40,785 nucleotides of DNA, taken from Emticicia sp. GTDB lineage: Bacteria > Bacteroidota > Bacteroidia > Cytophagales > Spirosomataceae. Of this stretch, positions 17,226 to 28,320 are shown piece by piece (positions within the stretch are counted from its first letter, which is position 1; every line of letters starts with the position of its first letter). The stretch is from NCBI GenBank assembly GCA_046291385.1, contig JBKBSS010000001.1, forward strand, positions 1 to 40,785. The letters run 5' to 3'. The translations under genes were made by a program, and so were the position numbers. The notes under the pieces are model-generated. The model searched no databases. It saw only the letters and a list, made by a program, of their open reading frames with translations, and was not told the DNA's origin.

Positions 17226-17822
17226 TTATTCTTTAACCGATACACCACCCGAAACAATCAATTTCATCACTTCGGCACTTGGCATATCGAGCATTTGTAC
17301 GTTTTCTCTTGGTACAAGCATCAATTCTCCCGAAAAAGCATAACTATGCGGAAAATAAACCGCCACCATATTACTAACGCCCAAATTCGTCAAATCATTT
17401 TGTGTAACGAAACCTATTTTATGCACACCCGCTTCTTTGTTGAGTAAAACAATGGCCGCTTGCGTAAATTTCCGTTTATCGCCCACAAAAGCTGAAATCA
17501 AATCTTTGAAAGCAAAGTAAAAAATACGTACCAAAGGCAGATGACTAATGGCGTTTTCGATGAGATTTTGAATAGTTTGGGGCAAAAGCACCGAAAATGT
17601 AAAGCCCGTAATCATTGTTCCGAGAATGACAATCAATGAGCCAAGACCTGGAATAATAAGGTCACGGTTGGGGTCTTCGGTTGGGATACGTATCCTGATA
17701 ATATTATCGACAAAATCGAATGCTCCCAGAAGGATAAAAATTGTAAAACCAATTGGTGCAACAAACAGTAATCCTCTTACGAAATAAGAAAGTAATCGAC
17801 TAAATATAGTTCTTTCGGGCAT
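17226..17822 (-). CDS. DUF502 family membrane protein
   Basis: F.RGLL...PI..T, LPLVR.FY...KD, IGFVT, VYFPHSYAFSG and IVSGG motifs. Confidence 0.88.
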   Translation of the reverse strand: MPERTIFSRLLSYFVRGLLFVAPIGFTIFILLGAFDFVDNIIRIRIPTEDPNRDLIIPGLGSLIVILGTMITGFTFSVLLPQTIQNLIENAISHLPLVRIFYFAFKDLISAFVGDKRKFTQAAIVLLNKEAGVHKIGFVTQNDLTNLGVSNMVAVYFPHSYAFSGELMLVPRENVQMLDMPSAEVMKLIVSGGVSVKE

Positions 17823-17920
17823 ATTTGATTTTTTTTAGATATATTGGCACGATTTATATAAATTACAACATTGTCACACCCTTAAAAGTTTTTCCAAACA
17901 CAAAACAAATCCGTTTATCT

Positions 17921-20722
17921 ATGAAAAAAATCATCCAACTTATCGTCTTTTTTGCTGTTTCTACGCAAATTTTTGCCCAAAAGCTCAATGTTCCAATTCC
18001 CAATAATCCTGCCGTAAAAGTTGGAACTTTAAAAAATGGATTGAAATATTACATTCTGAAAAATGCCGAACCCAAAAATCGGATGGAGTTACGATTGGTC
18101 GTAAACGCAGGTTCGGTTCTGGAAACCGATGCACAACAAGGTCTTGCTCACTTTCTGGAACACATGAATTTTAATGGAACTAAGAATTTCCCAAAAAATG
18201 AATTGGTGAATTTCCTGCAAAAATCAGGTATGAAATTTGGAGCCGATTTGAATGCCTCAACGAGTTTTGATGAAACGATTTACCAACTTCAAGTTCCGAC
18301 CGATTCTGCAAAGCTGTTTGAAAGAGCGTTTCAAATTTTGGCTGACTGGTCGAACTTTGCAACCCTCGACACGGCCGAAATCAACAAAGAACGTGGCATT
18401 GTTTTGGAAGAAGAGCGTGCAAGAGGCAAAAATGCTCAGTCACGTATTCAGCAAAAAATATTTCCTATCCTGTTCAACAATTCAATTTATGCCCGACGTC
18501 TGCCGATTGGAAAAACTGATATTATCAGTACATTCCCAGCCGAAGAGATTGTTAAGTTCTACAAAGATTGGTATCGCCCAGATTTGATGGCGGTCGTTGC
18601 CGTTGGAGATTTCGATGTTGCTCAAGTTGAAAATCTAATTACAACAAAATTTTCAGAAATAAAATCGCCAAAAATAGCTCCTAAGCGTACAATTTATACA
18701 ATTCCTGCATCGGCTGGCACGCAGGTTTATCAGGTTTTAGATAAAGAAGTTCCGCAGTCAACATTCCAAATGTTTAATCGTTTGCCGAGAGAGAAAACAC
18801 TCACGCAAGCCGATTATAGAAGTGATATTGCCGAAAACCTTTATAATCAAATGATTAGCACTCGTTTGCAAGAAACATCAAAGAAGCCAAATGCTCCTTT
18901 TGTGTTTGCTATCATGAGTTATAGTCCGTTTTTGGCGGGCATTGATGTTTTTCAAACCGTTGTTTTACCCAAAAATGCCGATGGAATGGAAACTGCCATC
19001 AAAGCAATTATTGATGAGCAAGAGCGTTTGAAACGTTTTGGTTTTACGAAAGGAGAATTGGAACGTGCCAAAAAAGAATACATGGTCGGCGTTGAAAAAG
19101 GTTTCAAAGAAAAAGATAAAACAAAATCGGCAGTTTTTGTGAATGGTTTGGTTCAAAACTATTTGCAGCAAACTTCTTTTACTGACGCTGATTTTCGTTA
19201 TGAATTTGCTCAAAAACACATCGAAGGCATTACGCTTGAAGAAATAAATACGATTTCGGGCAAAGTTATCAAAGGAGAAAATCGTGTTGGCTTGATTGTA
19301 GGTTCGGAAAAAGATAAAGAAAAACTTCCGAATGAAGAGAAATTAAAAGAATTGCTTGCCTACAAAAATCCAGATTTGAAACCTTATGAAGATGAAGCGG
19401 TTTTGACCCCAATTTTGGAGAAAATTCCAGCAGGAACAAAGGTTGTTTCAGAAAAGAAAATTGAAGAAATCGGCGTTACTGAGTTAGTTTTTGAAAATGG
19501 CGTAAAGGTTGCGTTAAAACCAACTACTTTCAAAAATGACCAAATTTCATTTTCGGCAAGTAGCAAAGGCGGAACTTCATTATATGGCGATGCCGATTAT
19601 TTTTCGGCCGATGTAGCTTCAACATTAGTTACGCAAGGTGGTGTGAGTAAATTATCAGATACGCAACTCGAAAAAGCACTGGCTGGAAAAGTTGCCCAAG
19701 TTTATACTTACGTTGGTGAACTAACCGAAGGTCTTGGCGGCAACACAACCCCAAAAGATTTGGAAACGGCCTTACAGTTGATGTACGCTTACGTAACTCA
19801 ACCTCGCCGTGATGATGAAGTTATTAAGAATTTTTTGAAAAATGAAAAAGAATTGATAAGCAACTCATTCAAAACCTTGACACCAGAAAAGGTATTTGGA
19901 GACTCTCTCAATGCTATTTTATACCAAAATCATTTGAGAAGAACACCAACAAAACCCGAAGACATCGACAAAATAAATATCGACCGTGCATTTGAAATCT
20001 ACAAAGAGCGTTTTGCCGATTTTAGTGATTTTACGTTTGTTTTTGTTGGTAATTTCGAGGTAGAAAAAATCAAACCTTTGCTCGAAAAATACATCGGTGG
20101 TTTACCTTCAACCAAGCGTCAAGAATCGTTCAAATATTTGGGAATCAGCAAAGTGAAAGGTAAAGTTGAAAAGAATATTTATAAAGGTTTAGAAGAAAAA
20201 GCGAGCGTAAATCTACAATTCAACGGCGATTTTGCTTATTCTGAGGAAGAAATGGTAAATTTAGATGCTCTTGCCGAGGTTTTGGATATAAAACTGACCG
20301 AAAAACTACGTGAAGAAGCAGGTGGAGTTTATACGCCAAGTATTCGTTCGTCTTATTCAAAATTACCGAAACCAACTTACAATCTAACGATTTCGTTTGG
20401 TTGCTCGCCTGCCAATGCCGAGAAATTGGTTAAAATCACTTTAGATGAAATTGCCAAAATCAAAGCCAACGGCCCAGAGAAAGTTGATGTAGAAAAAGTA
20501 ACTGCCGAAGAAAAACGTGAGGTAGAATTACAAGTAAAAGAAAATGGTTTCTGGAATTCGTATTTACTTGAGCAATACACAGATGGTGAAGATTTGAATT
20601 ATATTAATCGCTTCCAAAGCCAATTGATTGATAAAATAAGCATCGAAAGTGTGAAAAAAGCGGCTAATCAGTTTTGTGCTGAAAACGTAGCAAAATTTGT
20701 GCTTTTGCCTGAGAAAAAATAA
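17921..20722 (+). CDS. M16B zinc protease (PqqL-like), 933 aa
   Basis: Inverted zinc motif HFLEH, NASTSFDET and LREEAGGVY. A signal peptide from MKKIIQ at 17921 defines the start. Confidence 0.92.
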   Translation: MKKIIQLIVFFAVSTQIFAQKLNVPIPNNPAVKVGTLKNGLKYYILKNAEPKNRMELRLVVNAGSVLETDAQQGLAHFLEHMNFNGTKNFPKNELVNFLQKSGMKFGADLNASTSFDETIYQLQVPTDSAKLFERAFQILADWSNFATLDTAEINKERGIVLEEERARGKNAQSRIQQKIFPILFNNSIYARRLPIGKTDIISTFPAEEIVKFYKDWYRPDLMAVVAVGDFDVAQVENLITTKFSEIKSPKIAPKRTIYTIPASAGTQVYQVLDKEVPQSTFQMFNRLPREKTLTQADYRSDIAENLYNQMISTRLQETSKKPNAPFVFAIMSYSPFLAGIDVFQTVVLPKNADGMETAIKAIIDEQERLKRFGFTKGELERAKKEYMVGVEKGFKEKDKTKSAVFVNGLVQNYLQQTSFTDADFRYEFAQKHIEGITLEEINTISGKVIKGENRVGLIVGSEKDKEKLPNEEKLKELLAYKNPDLKPYEDEAVLTPILEKIPAGTKVVSEKKIEEIGVTELVFENGVKVALKPTTFKNDQISFSASSKGGTSLYGDADYFSADVASTLVTQGGVSKLSDTQLEKALAGKVAQVYTYVGELTEGLGGNTTPKDLETALQLMYAYVTQPRRDDEVIKNFLKNEKELISNSFKTLTPEKVFGDSLNAILYQNHLRRTPTKPEDIDKINIDRAFEIYKERFADFSDFTFVFVGNFEVEKIKPLLEKYIGGLPSTKRQESFKYLGISKVKGKVEKNIYKGLEEKASVNLQFNGDFAYSEEEMVNLDALAEVLDIKLTEKLREEAGGVYTPSIRSSYSKLPKPTYNLTISFGCSPANAEKLVKITLDEIAKIKANGPEKVDVEKVTAEEKREVELQVKENGFWNSYLLEQYTDGEDLNYINRFQSQLIDKISIESVKKAANQFCAENVAKFVLLPEKK

Positions 20723-20740
20723 TTTTAGTTATCAGTAAGA

Positions 20741-20776
20741 AAAAAGCCGTTTTAGCAAATACTAAAACGGCTTTTT
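20741..20776. terminator. Bidirectional terminator
   Basis: aaaaagccgttttag ... ctaaaacggcttttt between convergent genes. Confidence 0.75.
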
Positions 20777-20818
20777 ATATGTATTGACTGTTGACTGAAA
20801 ATTGCCCACTGAAGATTT

Positions 20819-22729
20819 TTAACCTTCCATTTCAAGAATCTTTGCTTCCCACAATTCGTTTTTTTGCTTTAAATCCATCTTTACGAGTTCGTAGTCGCTA
20901 TTGGTTCTTTGTAAGGCATGATTATCGGTAAAAACGGCTGGGTCAGCGAGTTTTCCTTCTAAGAGTGCCATTTGTCGCTCCAGTTCAGTGATTTTTGCTT
21001 CAATTTCGGCAACTTCACGCTCCAGTTTTTTTATTGTATTGGCATTAGCCACTGGTTTATTTGACTGAACTTCAACTTTTTTTACAGGTTGAGAAACGCT
21101 CGCTGCCGACTGCCCACTGCTAACTGCCGACTTCTTGTTTTCATCATACCATTCTTCCCATTCATCGTAAGTACCTGGGTATTCTTTGATTTCGTAATCT
21201 TCGATGTACCAAATTTTATTGGCAACTTGGCTCACAAAATGGCGGTCGTGGGAAACTACTACGTAAGTTCCTTCGTATTGGTCGAGGGCTTGAATCAAGA
21301 TATTGACCGATTGCATATCCAAGTGGTTGGTAGGCTCATCAAGCAACAAGAAATTGGCTTCCGAAATCAATACTTTTGCCAAAGCCACACGAGATTTTTC
21401 ACCTCCCGAAAGCACTTTTATTTTCTTGAAAACGTCTTCTCCGTTGAATAAAAAACAACCCAAAACCGAGCGTAATTCAGTTTCTGACTTTCCGCCATCG
21501 GCATATTTTAGTTCTTCCAAGAGGGTTTCTTCCAAGTGCAAAGACTCCATTTGGTGCTGGGCAAAAAACGAGAAATTTACGTTATGTCCCAGTTTTCGTT
21601 CGCCATCAACATTTTCGTCACCCGCTATGATTCTTAGTAAAGTCGATTTTCCTTTACCATTTGCACCAATTAATGCAATTTTATCGCCTCTTTCGATGAT
21701 GGCTGTGCTATTCCGTAAAATCACTTTTTCGCCATAAGCTTTATCAACATTTTCAAGAGAAAATACATTTCGACCTGGATTTACACCAAATTTAAACTTA
21801 AAGTGAACTCTTGCAGAAGCATCAATCACATCGTCAATCATATCCATTCGGTTGAGAGCTTTCACTCTTGATTGAACTTGGCGGGCTTTGGTAGCTTTGG
21901 CTTTAAAACGCTCAATAAAACGCTCGGTCTGACGAATCTGAGCTTGTTGATTTTCGTAAGCACCTTTCTGAATTTCGCTACGAAGTGCCTTTTCTTCTAC
22001 GTAAAACGAGTAATTTCCTGCATAATGCACCAATTTTGCACCCGTAACCTCAACAGTAGTATTACAAACATTATCCAAAAACTCTCTATCGTGCGAAACC
22101 ACAATTACCGAGTTTTCGTAGTTCAAAATATATTTTTCTACCCACTGAATCGAGGGTAAATCCAAGTGGTTGGTAGGCTCATCGAGCAGCAAAAGTGCTG
22201 GTTTTTGTAAAAGCAATTTTGCCAACATCACACGCATACGCCAACCTCCCGAAAACTCTTTCAATGGCTTTGATAATTCTTCGGTTTTAAAACCCAAACC
22301 TTCCAAAATCTCCTCAGCTTTCGATTGAATCGTATAACCGCCCAAATGGTCGAATTCTTCTTGCAAATGCCCCAGTTTATCAACCAATTCATCACGATAA
22401 TTGACATCCATTTCGTGCAAAACCTTGTCGATTTCGAGCTGCAAATAGTTTTCACGCTCGAAAGCCTGCATCGCTACTTGCAAAATAGAATCTTGAGTTT
22501 GGTACGACAATAAATCTTGGTTCAAGAAGCCGATTGAACAGTCGCCCGCTTTCGAGATACTTCCTGCATCGGCTTGGTATTCTCCAACTATCAAACGCAA
22601 AAGCGTTGATTTTCCCATTCCGTTCAAACCGATTAGACCAATTTTATCTTTTGGTTTTATTTGCAAATTTGCTCCGTCAAATATCGGTCTTCCACCAAAA
22701 TAAAACGATAAATTACTGATTGTAAGCAC
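20819..22729 (-). CDS. ABC-F family ATPase
   Basis: Two nucleotide-binding domains (GLNGMGKS/FSGGW/LDEPTNHLD and GANGKGKS/LSGGE/LDEPTNHLD), no transmembrane segments, C-terminal coiled coil, GTG start. Confidence 0.95.
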   Translation of the reverse strand: MLTISNLSFYFGGRPIFDGANLQIKPKDKIGLIGLNGMGKSTLLRLIVGEYQADAGSISKAGDCSIGFLNQDLLSYQTQDSILQVAMQAFERENYLQLEIDKVLHEMDVNYRDELVDKLGHLQEEFDHLGGYTIQSKAEEILEGLGFKTEELSKPLKEFSGGWRMRVMLAKLLLQKPALLLLDEPTNHLDLPSIQWVEKYILNYENSVIVVSHDREFLDNVCNTTVEVTGAKLVHYAGNYSFYVEEKALRSEIQKGAYENQQAQIRQTERFIERFKAKATKARQVQSRVKALNRMDMIDDVIDASARVHFKFKFGVNPGRNVFSLENVDKAYGEKVILRNSTAIIERGDKIALIGANGKGKSTLLRIIAGDENVDGERKLGHNVNFSFFAQHQMESLHLEETLLEELKYADGGKSETELRSVLGCFLFNGEDVFKKIKVLSGGEKSRVALAKVLISEANFLLLDEPTNHLDMQSVNILIQALDQYEGTYVVVSHDRHFVSQVANKIWYIEDYEIKEYPGTYDEWEEWYDENKKSAVSSGQSAASVSQPVKKVEVQSNKPVANANTIKKLEREVAEIEAKITELERQMALLEGKLADPAVFTDNHALQRTNSDYELVKMDLKQKNELWEAKILEMEG

Positions 22730-22762
22730 TTTGTATGATTAATTATTAATGATAAATTTGAA

Positions 22763-22827
22763 TGTAGCACAATTTTTGAAATTGTGTATTTTGTAGAAAA
22801 AGGCACAATTTCAAAAATTGTGCTACA
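22763..22827. repeat. Inverted pair of GTAG-footed REPs (uninterrupted)
   Basis: tgtagcacaatttttgaaattgtg / cacaatttcaaaaattgtgctaca, a perfect 24-bp inverted repeat with each arm self-palindromic. Confidence 0.85.
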
Positions 22828-22829
22828 CT

Positions 22830-23711
<882 letters not shown>

Positions 23712-23728
23712 ATTTCTCTATTTTTTCG

Positions 23729-23844
23729 CAAAGATACTTCCTTTAATGTAGAATGTAGAATGTAGAATGTAGAATTATTGATTTTCGGCAAAATAAGCCC
23801 AAATCTCGAATTGATTATATACTGAAAAAAAAGCCGTACCTTTG
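23729..23844. promoter_or_regulatory. Divergent -7 promoter elements
   Basis: TATCTTTG (minus, 23736-23729) and TACCTTTG (plus, 23837-23844). Confidence 0.6.
23745..23772 (+). repeat. Heptamer tandem repeat (AATGTAG)x4
   Basis: Four perfect copies. Confidence 0.9.
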
Positions 23845-23882
23845 TAAAATCCTATTTGTTAGGACTAACAAAATCATCATTT

Positions 23883-25214
23883 ATGTCATTTGAATCATTA
23901 AATTTAATTGAGCCAATCAAGCTCGCACTTGCTGCCGAAGGTTACACCACTCCAACACCCATCCAACAACAAGCAATACCAATAGTTTTAGAAGGAAAAG
24001 ATTTATTGGGCGTTGCCCAAACTGGCACAGGAAAAACAGCCGCTTTTTCTATTCCAATCATACAGAAACTTTATCAGAATAGAGATATAAACCGTAAGGG
24101 TCGTAGAAAAGTAAAAGCTCTTATCGTTACTCCAACTCGTGAGTTGGCCATTCAAATTGGTGAAAGTATAGCAGCTTACGGAGCAAATACTGACCTCCGC
24201 CATACCGTAATTTTTGGTGGTGTAAAACAAGGTCGCCAAACCGACGAACTGCACAATGGCGTAGATATTTTGGTAGCTACTCCAGGTCGTTTGCTTGATT
24301 TAATCACGCAAGGATTCATCACGCTCAATGCCATCGAAATATTTGTTTTGGACGAAGCTGACCGTATGCTCGATATGGGTTTTGTGCATGACGTGAAGCG
24401 TTTGATTACGCTTTTGCCAAAGCAACGCCAGTCATTATTTTTCTCGGCAACAATGCCCGATGAAATCGTAAAATTGGCTTCAACGATTCTGCATAATCCA
24501 TCATCTGTGAGTGTTACGCCTGTTTCTTCAACGGCCGACACGATTAACCAGTTTTTGTATTATGTTGATAAAAAAGACAAAAATGCTTTGCTTTTGGATA
24601 TTCTGAAAGACCCAAAAATCGAAACGGCATTGGTTTTTACTCGTACAAAACATGGTGCGGATAAGGTTGTAAAAGTACTTTTAGCAAAAGGAATTAAAGC
24701 CGAAGCCATTCACGGAAATAAAGCCCAAAATGCTCGCCAAAGAGCTTTGACGAACTTTAAATCTAAAGAAACGAGGGTTTTGGTTGCGACAGATATTGCC
24801 GCTCGTGGAATTGATGTCGATGATTTGGCTTATGTAATCAATTTTGAGATTCCGAATATTCCTGAAACTTACGTTCACCGAATCGGGCGAACTGGCCGTG
24901 CAGGAGCAAATGGTACAGCCCTTTCATTTTGTGAAGATGAGGAATTAGGTTATTTGAAAGATATTCAACGATTGATTGGTAAAAAAATACCACTTATCGA
25001 AGACCATCCTTATGCCATTCAACCTGATTATAGCGTCGGGCCTCCAGTAGTACAGAAGCCGCAAGGTAGAGGCGGTGCAAGACCGAGTAATGCTTCGCAA
25101 AGACCAAACACGAATACCAGAACAGCACCAAAACCTAATAATGGTGGCAACACAGCCCAAGGCAGTGGAAAACCGAAAAAGAAATGGTACGGAAATGGCG
25201 GCGGAAAAGGCTAA
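23883..25214 (+). CDS. DEAD-box RNA helicase (RhlE-like), 443 aa
   Basis: [25 protein letters not shown] and HRIGRTGR motifs; start set at MSFESL. Confidence 0.95.
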   Translation: MSFESLNLIEPIKLALAAEGYTTPTPIQQQAIPIVLEGKDLLGVAQTGTGKTAAFSIPIIQKLYQNRDINRKGRRKVKALIVTPTRELAIQIGESIAAYGANTDLRHTVIFGGVKQGRQTDELHNGVDILVATPGRLLDLITQGFITLNAIEIFVLDEADRMLDMGFVHDVKRLITLLPKQRQSLFFSATMPDEIVKLASTILHNPSSVSVTPVSSTADTINQFLYYVDKKDKNALLLDILKDPKIETALVFTRTKHGADKVVKVLLAKGIKAEAIHGNKAQNARQRALTNFKSKETRVLVATDIAARGIDVDDLAYVINFEIPNIPETYVHRIGRTGRAGANGTALSFCEDEELGYLKDIQRLIGKKIPLIEDHPYAIQPDYSVGPPVVQKPQGRGGARPSNASQRPNTNTRTAPKPNNGGNTAQGSGKPKKKWYGNGGGKG

Positions 25215-25252
25215 TTTTTTATAGTTACAAGGATTAATATTCGGTATTAAGA

Positions 25253-25286
25253 AAGCCTTCGCTTTAAGCGAAGGCTTCCTTTTTTT
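25253..25286 (+). terminator. Rho-independent terminator
   Basis: aagccttcgct-tta-agcgaaggctt followed by cc and a T-run. Confidence 0.75.
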
Positions 25287-25412
25287 AAACGAACCTAATT
25301 TCGTTCTGATTCTTCTCCAAATAAATTAGATTGAAACTTGCGAAAATTTTCAAAATAACCCCACTTAATATTTAAAACCATTTTTTTGACCTACATTTTA
25401 CGACTTTATTTT

Positions 25413-25420
25413 TATCTTTG
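25413..25420 (+). promoter_or_regulatory. -7 promoter element for aroA
   Basis: TATCTTTG. Confidence 0.6.
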
Positions 25421-25448
25421 CGGCTGAATACAGAACCAAAGCAAATTA

Positions 25449-26693
25449 ATGGATAAGATACTCCTCCGTAAAAGCACCAGCCCATTCGACGTAAAAATAG
25501 CCTTAGCTTCTTCAAAATCTGAAAGTAATCGAGCTTTAATCATCAATGCTTTAGCTAAAGATAGTAGTGAAAACTTACAGAATCTTTCAACAGCACGAGA
25601 TACTCAAACGATGATTCGTTTGTTAAAATCAGCCGACCAAACAGCCGATGTAATTGATGCAGGAACAACGATGCGATTCTTGACGGCATATTTTACGGCA
25701 ACCAATCAAAACAAAATTATGACAGGAACACCTCGTATGTGTGAGCGTCCAATTGGAATTTTGGTTGATGCACTTCGCACGCTCGGGGCAGAAATTGAGT
25801 ATCTGAATAAAGAAGGTTATCCGCCTTTGCACATCAAAGGTTTTGCCAAACAAAAATCAAACGAAGTAACGATTCGTGGCGATGTGAGTAGCCAATATAT
25901 TTCGGCTTTGTTGATGATTGCTCCAACTTTGCCGCAAGGATTGACTATTAATTTAACTGGCGATTTGGGTTCTATTCCGTACATCAAAATGACGCTCGAA
26001 CAGATGCGGGCTTTTGGAGTAAATTATGAAGCAAATTGGGAAGTAAAAACGATAAAAGTTTTGCCAAGTGTTTATCAGTCAACGGTTTATAAAATTGAGT
26101 CAGATTGGTCGGGAGCGAGTTATTGGTACAGTATCGTGGCACTTTCGGAGTTTGAAAATACACAAGTTGAATTGCTTGGTTTGAAAGAAAATTCATTGCA
26201 AGGTGATAGCGATATTGTGAATATTATGAGCCATTTGGGCGTAAAAAGTACATTTACAGCGGATGGCGTTTTATTGACCAAAATTCCTGCTGAAGAAACG
26301 CTAAATTGGGATTTTACAAATTGTCCAGACCTTGCCCAGACAGTTGCAGTGACTTGTGCAGCCAAAGGAATTGAGGCAATTTTTACAGGCATCGAAAGCT
26401 TGAAAATCAAAGAAACTGACCGAGTTTTAGCTCTTCAAAATGAACTAAAGAAATTTGGCGGAGATTTGGTTGAGGTAGAAAAAAATACAATCTATAAAGT
26501 ATTAAATACTTTGCCATTAAACATTAAACATTCATCATTAAGCATTGCTACTTACGATGACCATCGAATGGCAATGGCATTTGCACCATTGGCGATGTTG
26601 ATGGATGTAACCATCGAAGAGCCAAACGTGGTTGTAAAATCATACCCAAGTTTTTGGACTGATTTAGAGAAAATAGATTTGACAACTTTTTAA
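25449..26693 (+). CDS. aroA: EPSP synthase
   Basis: SKSESNRAL, AGTTMRF, SSQYISALL, KETDR, DDHRMAM and KSYP motifs. Confidence 0.96.
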   Translation: MDKILLRKSTSPFDVKIALASSKSESNRALIINALAKDSSENLQNLSTARDTQTMIRLLKSADQTADVIDAGTTMRFLTAYFTATNQNKIMTGTPRMCERPIGILVDALRTLGAEIEYLNKEGYPPLHIKGFAKQKSNEVTIRGDVSSQYISALLMIAPTLPQGLTINLTGDLGSIPYIKMTLEQMRAFGVNYEANWEVKTIKVLPSVYQSTVYKIESDWSGASYWYSIVALSEFENTQVELLGLKENSLQGDSDIVNIMSHLGVKSTFTADGVLLTKIPAEETLNWDFTNCPDLAQTVAVTCAAKGIEAIFTGIESLKIKETDRVLALQNELKKFGGDLVEVEKNTIYKVLNTLPLNIKHSSLSIATYDDHRMAMAFAPLAMLMDVTIEEPNVVVKSYPSFWTDLEKIDLTTF

Positions 26694-26707
26694 AAGTTGT
26701 CAAATCT
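26675..26707. repeat. Perfect 33-bp palindrome overlapping the aroA stop
   Basis: agatttgacaactttt-t-aaaagttgtcaaatct; the TAA stop lies at its centre. Confidence 0.85.
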
Positions 26708-26757
26708 GAAATCTTGCGGACTTTTTTTAACTTTGTAAAATCTTTTCCAAAAACACA

Positions 26758-27681
26758 ATGCAATCAATCAGTACAAAGCATCTACTCGGAATAAAAGACC
26801 TCACGGCCAACGATATAAATTTGATTTTAGAAACAGCTAAAGAATTCAAAGATGTTATCAACCGACCGATTAAAAAAGTTCCTTCTTTGCGTGATGTAAC
26901 GATTGCCAACGTTTTTTTTGAAAACTCTACTCGTACCCGTCTTTCGTTTGAATTAGCTGAAAAACGTCTCTCGGCCGATGTCGTAAACTTCTCAGCATCA
27001 GGTAGTTCTGTAAAAAAAGGGGAAACCCTTCTCGATACAGTCAATAATATTTTGGCGATGAAAGTGGACATGGTTGTGATGCGACACAGCAGCCCTGGAG
27101 CTCCGCATTATTTATCAAAACACATCAAAGCAAATATCGTAAATGCAGGTGATGGCACGCACGAACACCCAACGCAGGCATTGCTGGATGCGTTTTCGAT
27201 GCAGGAAAAAATCGGAGATTTAGCGGGAAAGAAAATCGCAATCATCGGTGATATTCTTCATTCACGAGTAGCTTTATCGAATATTTTTTGTTTACAAAAA
27301 CTCGGTGCAGAAGTAATGGTTTGCGGGCCAAATACGCTTTTGCCAAAATATATCAGAGAAATCGGCGTAAAAGTTGAGCATAATGTACAGAATGCTCTTC
27401 AATGGTGCGATGTAGCGAATGTACTTCGTATTCAGCTCGAACGCCAACAAATCAAGTATTTTCCTTCGTTGCGGGAATATTCATTGTATTTCGGAATCAA
27501 CAAAAAAATGCTTGATGAACTGAATAAAGAAATTGTGTTGATGCACCCTGGCCCAATCAATAGGGGAGTAGAACTAACGAGCGATGCCGCCGATTCGCAT
27601 CATTCAATCATTCTCGACCAAGTAGAAAACGGTGTGGCTGTCAGAATGGCGGTGCTTTATTTATTGGCTCAACAAAATTGA
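26758..27681 (+). CDS. pyrB: Aspartate carbamoyltransferase catalytic subunit
   Basis: FFENSTRT, KGETL, HPTQALLD, RIQLER and HPGPINRG motifs; TAACTTTG promoter at 26728-26735. Confidence 0.97.
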   Translation: MQSISTKHLLGIKDLTANDINLILETAKEFKDVINRPIKKVPSLRDVTIANVFFENSTRTRLSFELAEKRLSADVVNFSASGSSVKKGETLLDTVNNILAMKVDMVVMRHSSPGAPHYLSKHIKANIVNAGDGTHEHPTQALLDAFSMQEKIGDLAGKKIAIIGDILHSRVALSNIFCLQKLGAEVMVCGPNTLLPKYIREIGVKVEHNVQNALQWCDVANVLRIQLERQQIKYFPSLREYSLYFGINKKMLDELNKEIVLMHPGPINRGVELTSDAADSHHSIILDQVENGVAVRMAVLYLLAQQN

Positions 27682-27695
27682 TATTTAGATTTAAT

Positions 27696-27736
27696 AAATT
27701 CGTAGGAACGTCCAATTTGGACGTTCCTACGAATTT
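27696..27736. repeat. Perfect GTAG-containing hairpin between convergent genes
   Basis: aaattcgtaggaacgtccaa-t-ttggacgttcctacgaattt (20-bp arms). Confidence 0.85.
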
Positions 27737-27756
27737 TCAGTTAAACTAATTGAAAA

Positions 27757-28194
27757 TCACTTTCTACCTCTTCTTGCCTTTCGGCCTTCTTGCATTTCAC
27801 CTTTGTGTTTTTCCTGTTCTTCTTTAAATTTCTTTAATTGCTCAGGCGTAAGCACCGATTCGTATTTTTTGCTTAAATCTTGGTATTGAACCTTCATTTT
27901 TTCACGAGTAGCCTGCATTTCGGCTTTATGAGCGGCACGTAATTCTTTTTGTTTTTTAGCTTGTTCAATATTTATTGCTACAACCTTTTTGTACTGTTCG
28001 TCAGTCAAATTAAGGTTTTTTTGCATACGTTTTGCGTAAACTTCCGCACGCTCTTCGGCTGTAAATCCTCCGCCTTGTCTTTGTCCTCTTTTTTCATGTT
28101 GAGGTCTTTCATTACGGGCTGGTTTTGCATCTTGTGCATAAGTTCCGAAACCAATTCCTGCAATTAATAGCGTTACCAAAATTCCTTTTTTCAT
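27757..28194 (-). CDS. Periplasmic LTxxQ (Spy/CpxP/DUF4890-like) helical protein
   Basis: Signal peptide; LNLTDEQ and VLTPEQ motifs. Confidence 0.75.
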   Translation of the reverse strand: MKKGILVTLLIAGIGFGTYAQDAKPARNERPQHEKRGQRQGGGFTAEERAEVYAKRMQKNLNLTDEQYKKVVAINIEQAKKQKELRAAHKAEMQATREKMKVQYQDLSKKYESVLTPEQLKKFKEEQEKHKGEMQEGRKARRGRK

Positions 28195-28320
28195 TGTAGT
28201 AAATTTGTTTTAATAATGAACACTTATGGAGATTAGAGCGAATATTAAGGCAATAGTTTAAACGTACTCTGAATAAAAACTGCTATTTTTGTTTAAATTA
28301 ACATTTTTTAAGAAATCGAA

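Noticed and set aside
17825-17920. Extended start of the M16 protease (likewise 23856-23882 and 33014-33064)
   Set aside because: Non-ATG upstream starts; signal peptides or family N-termini begin at the downstream ATGs.
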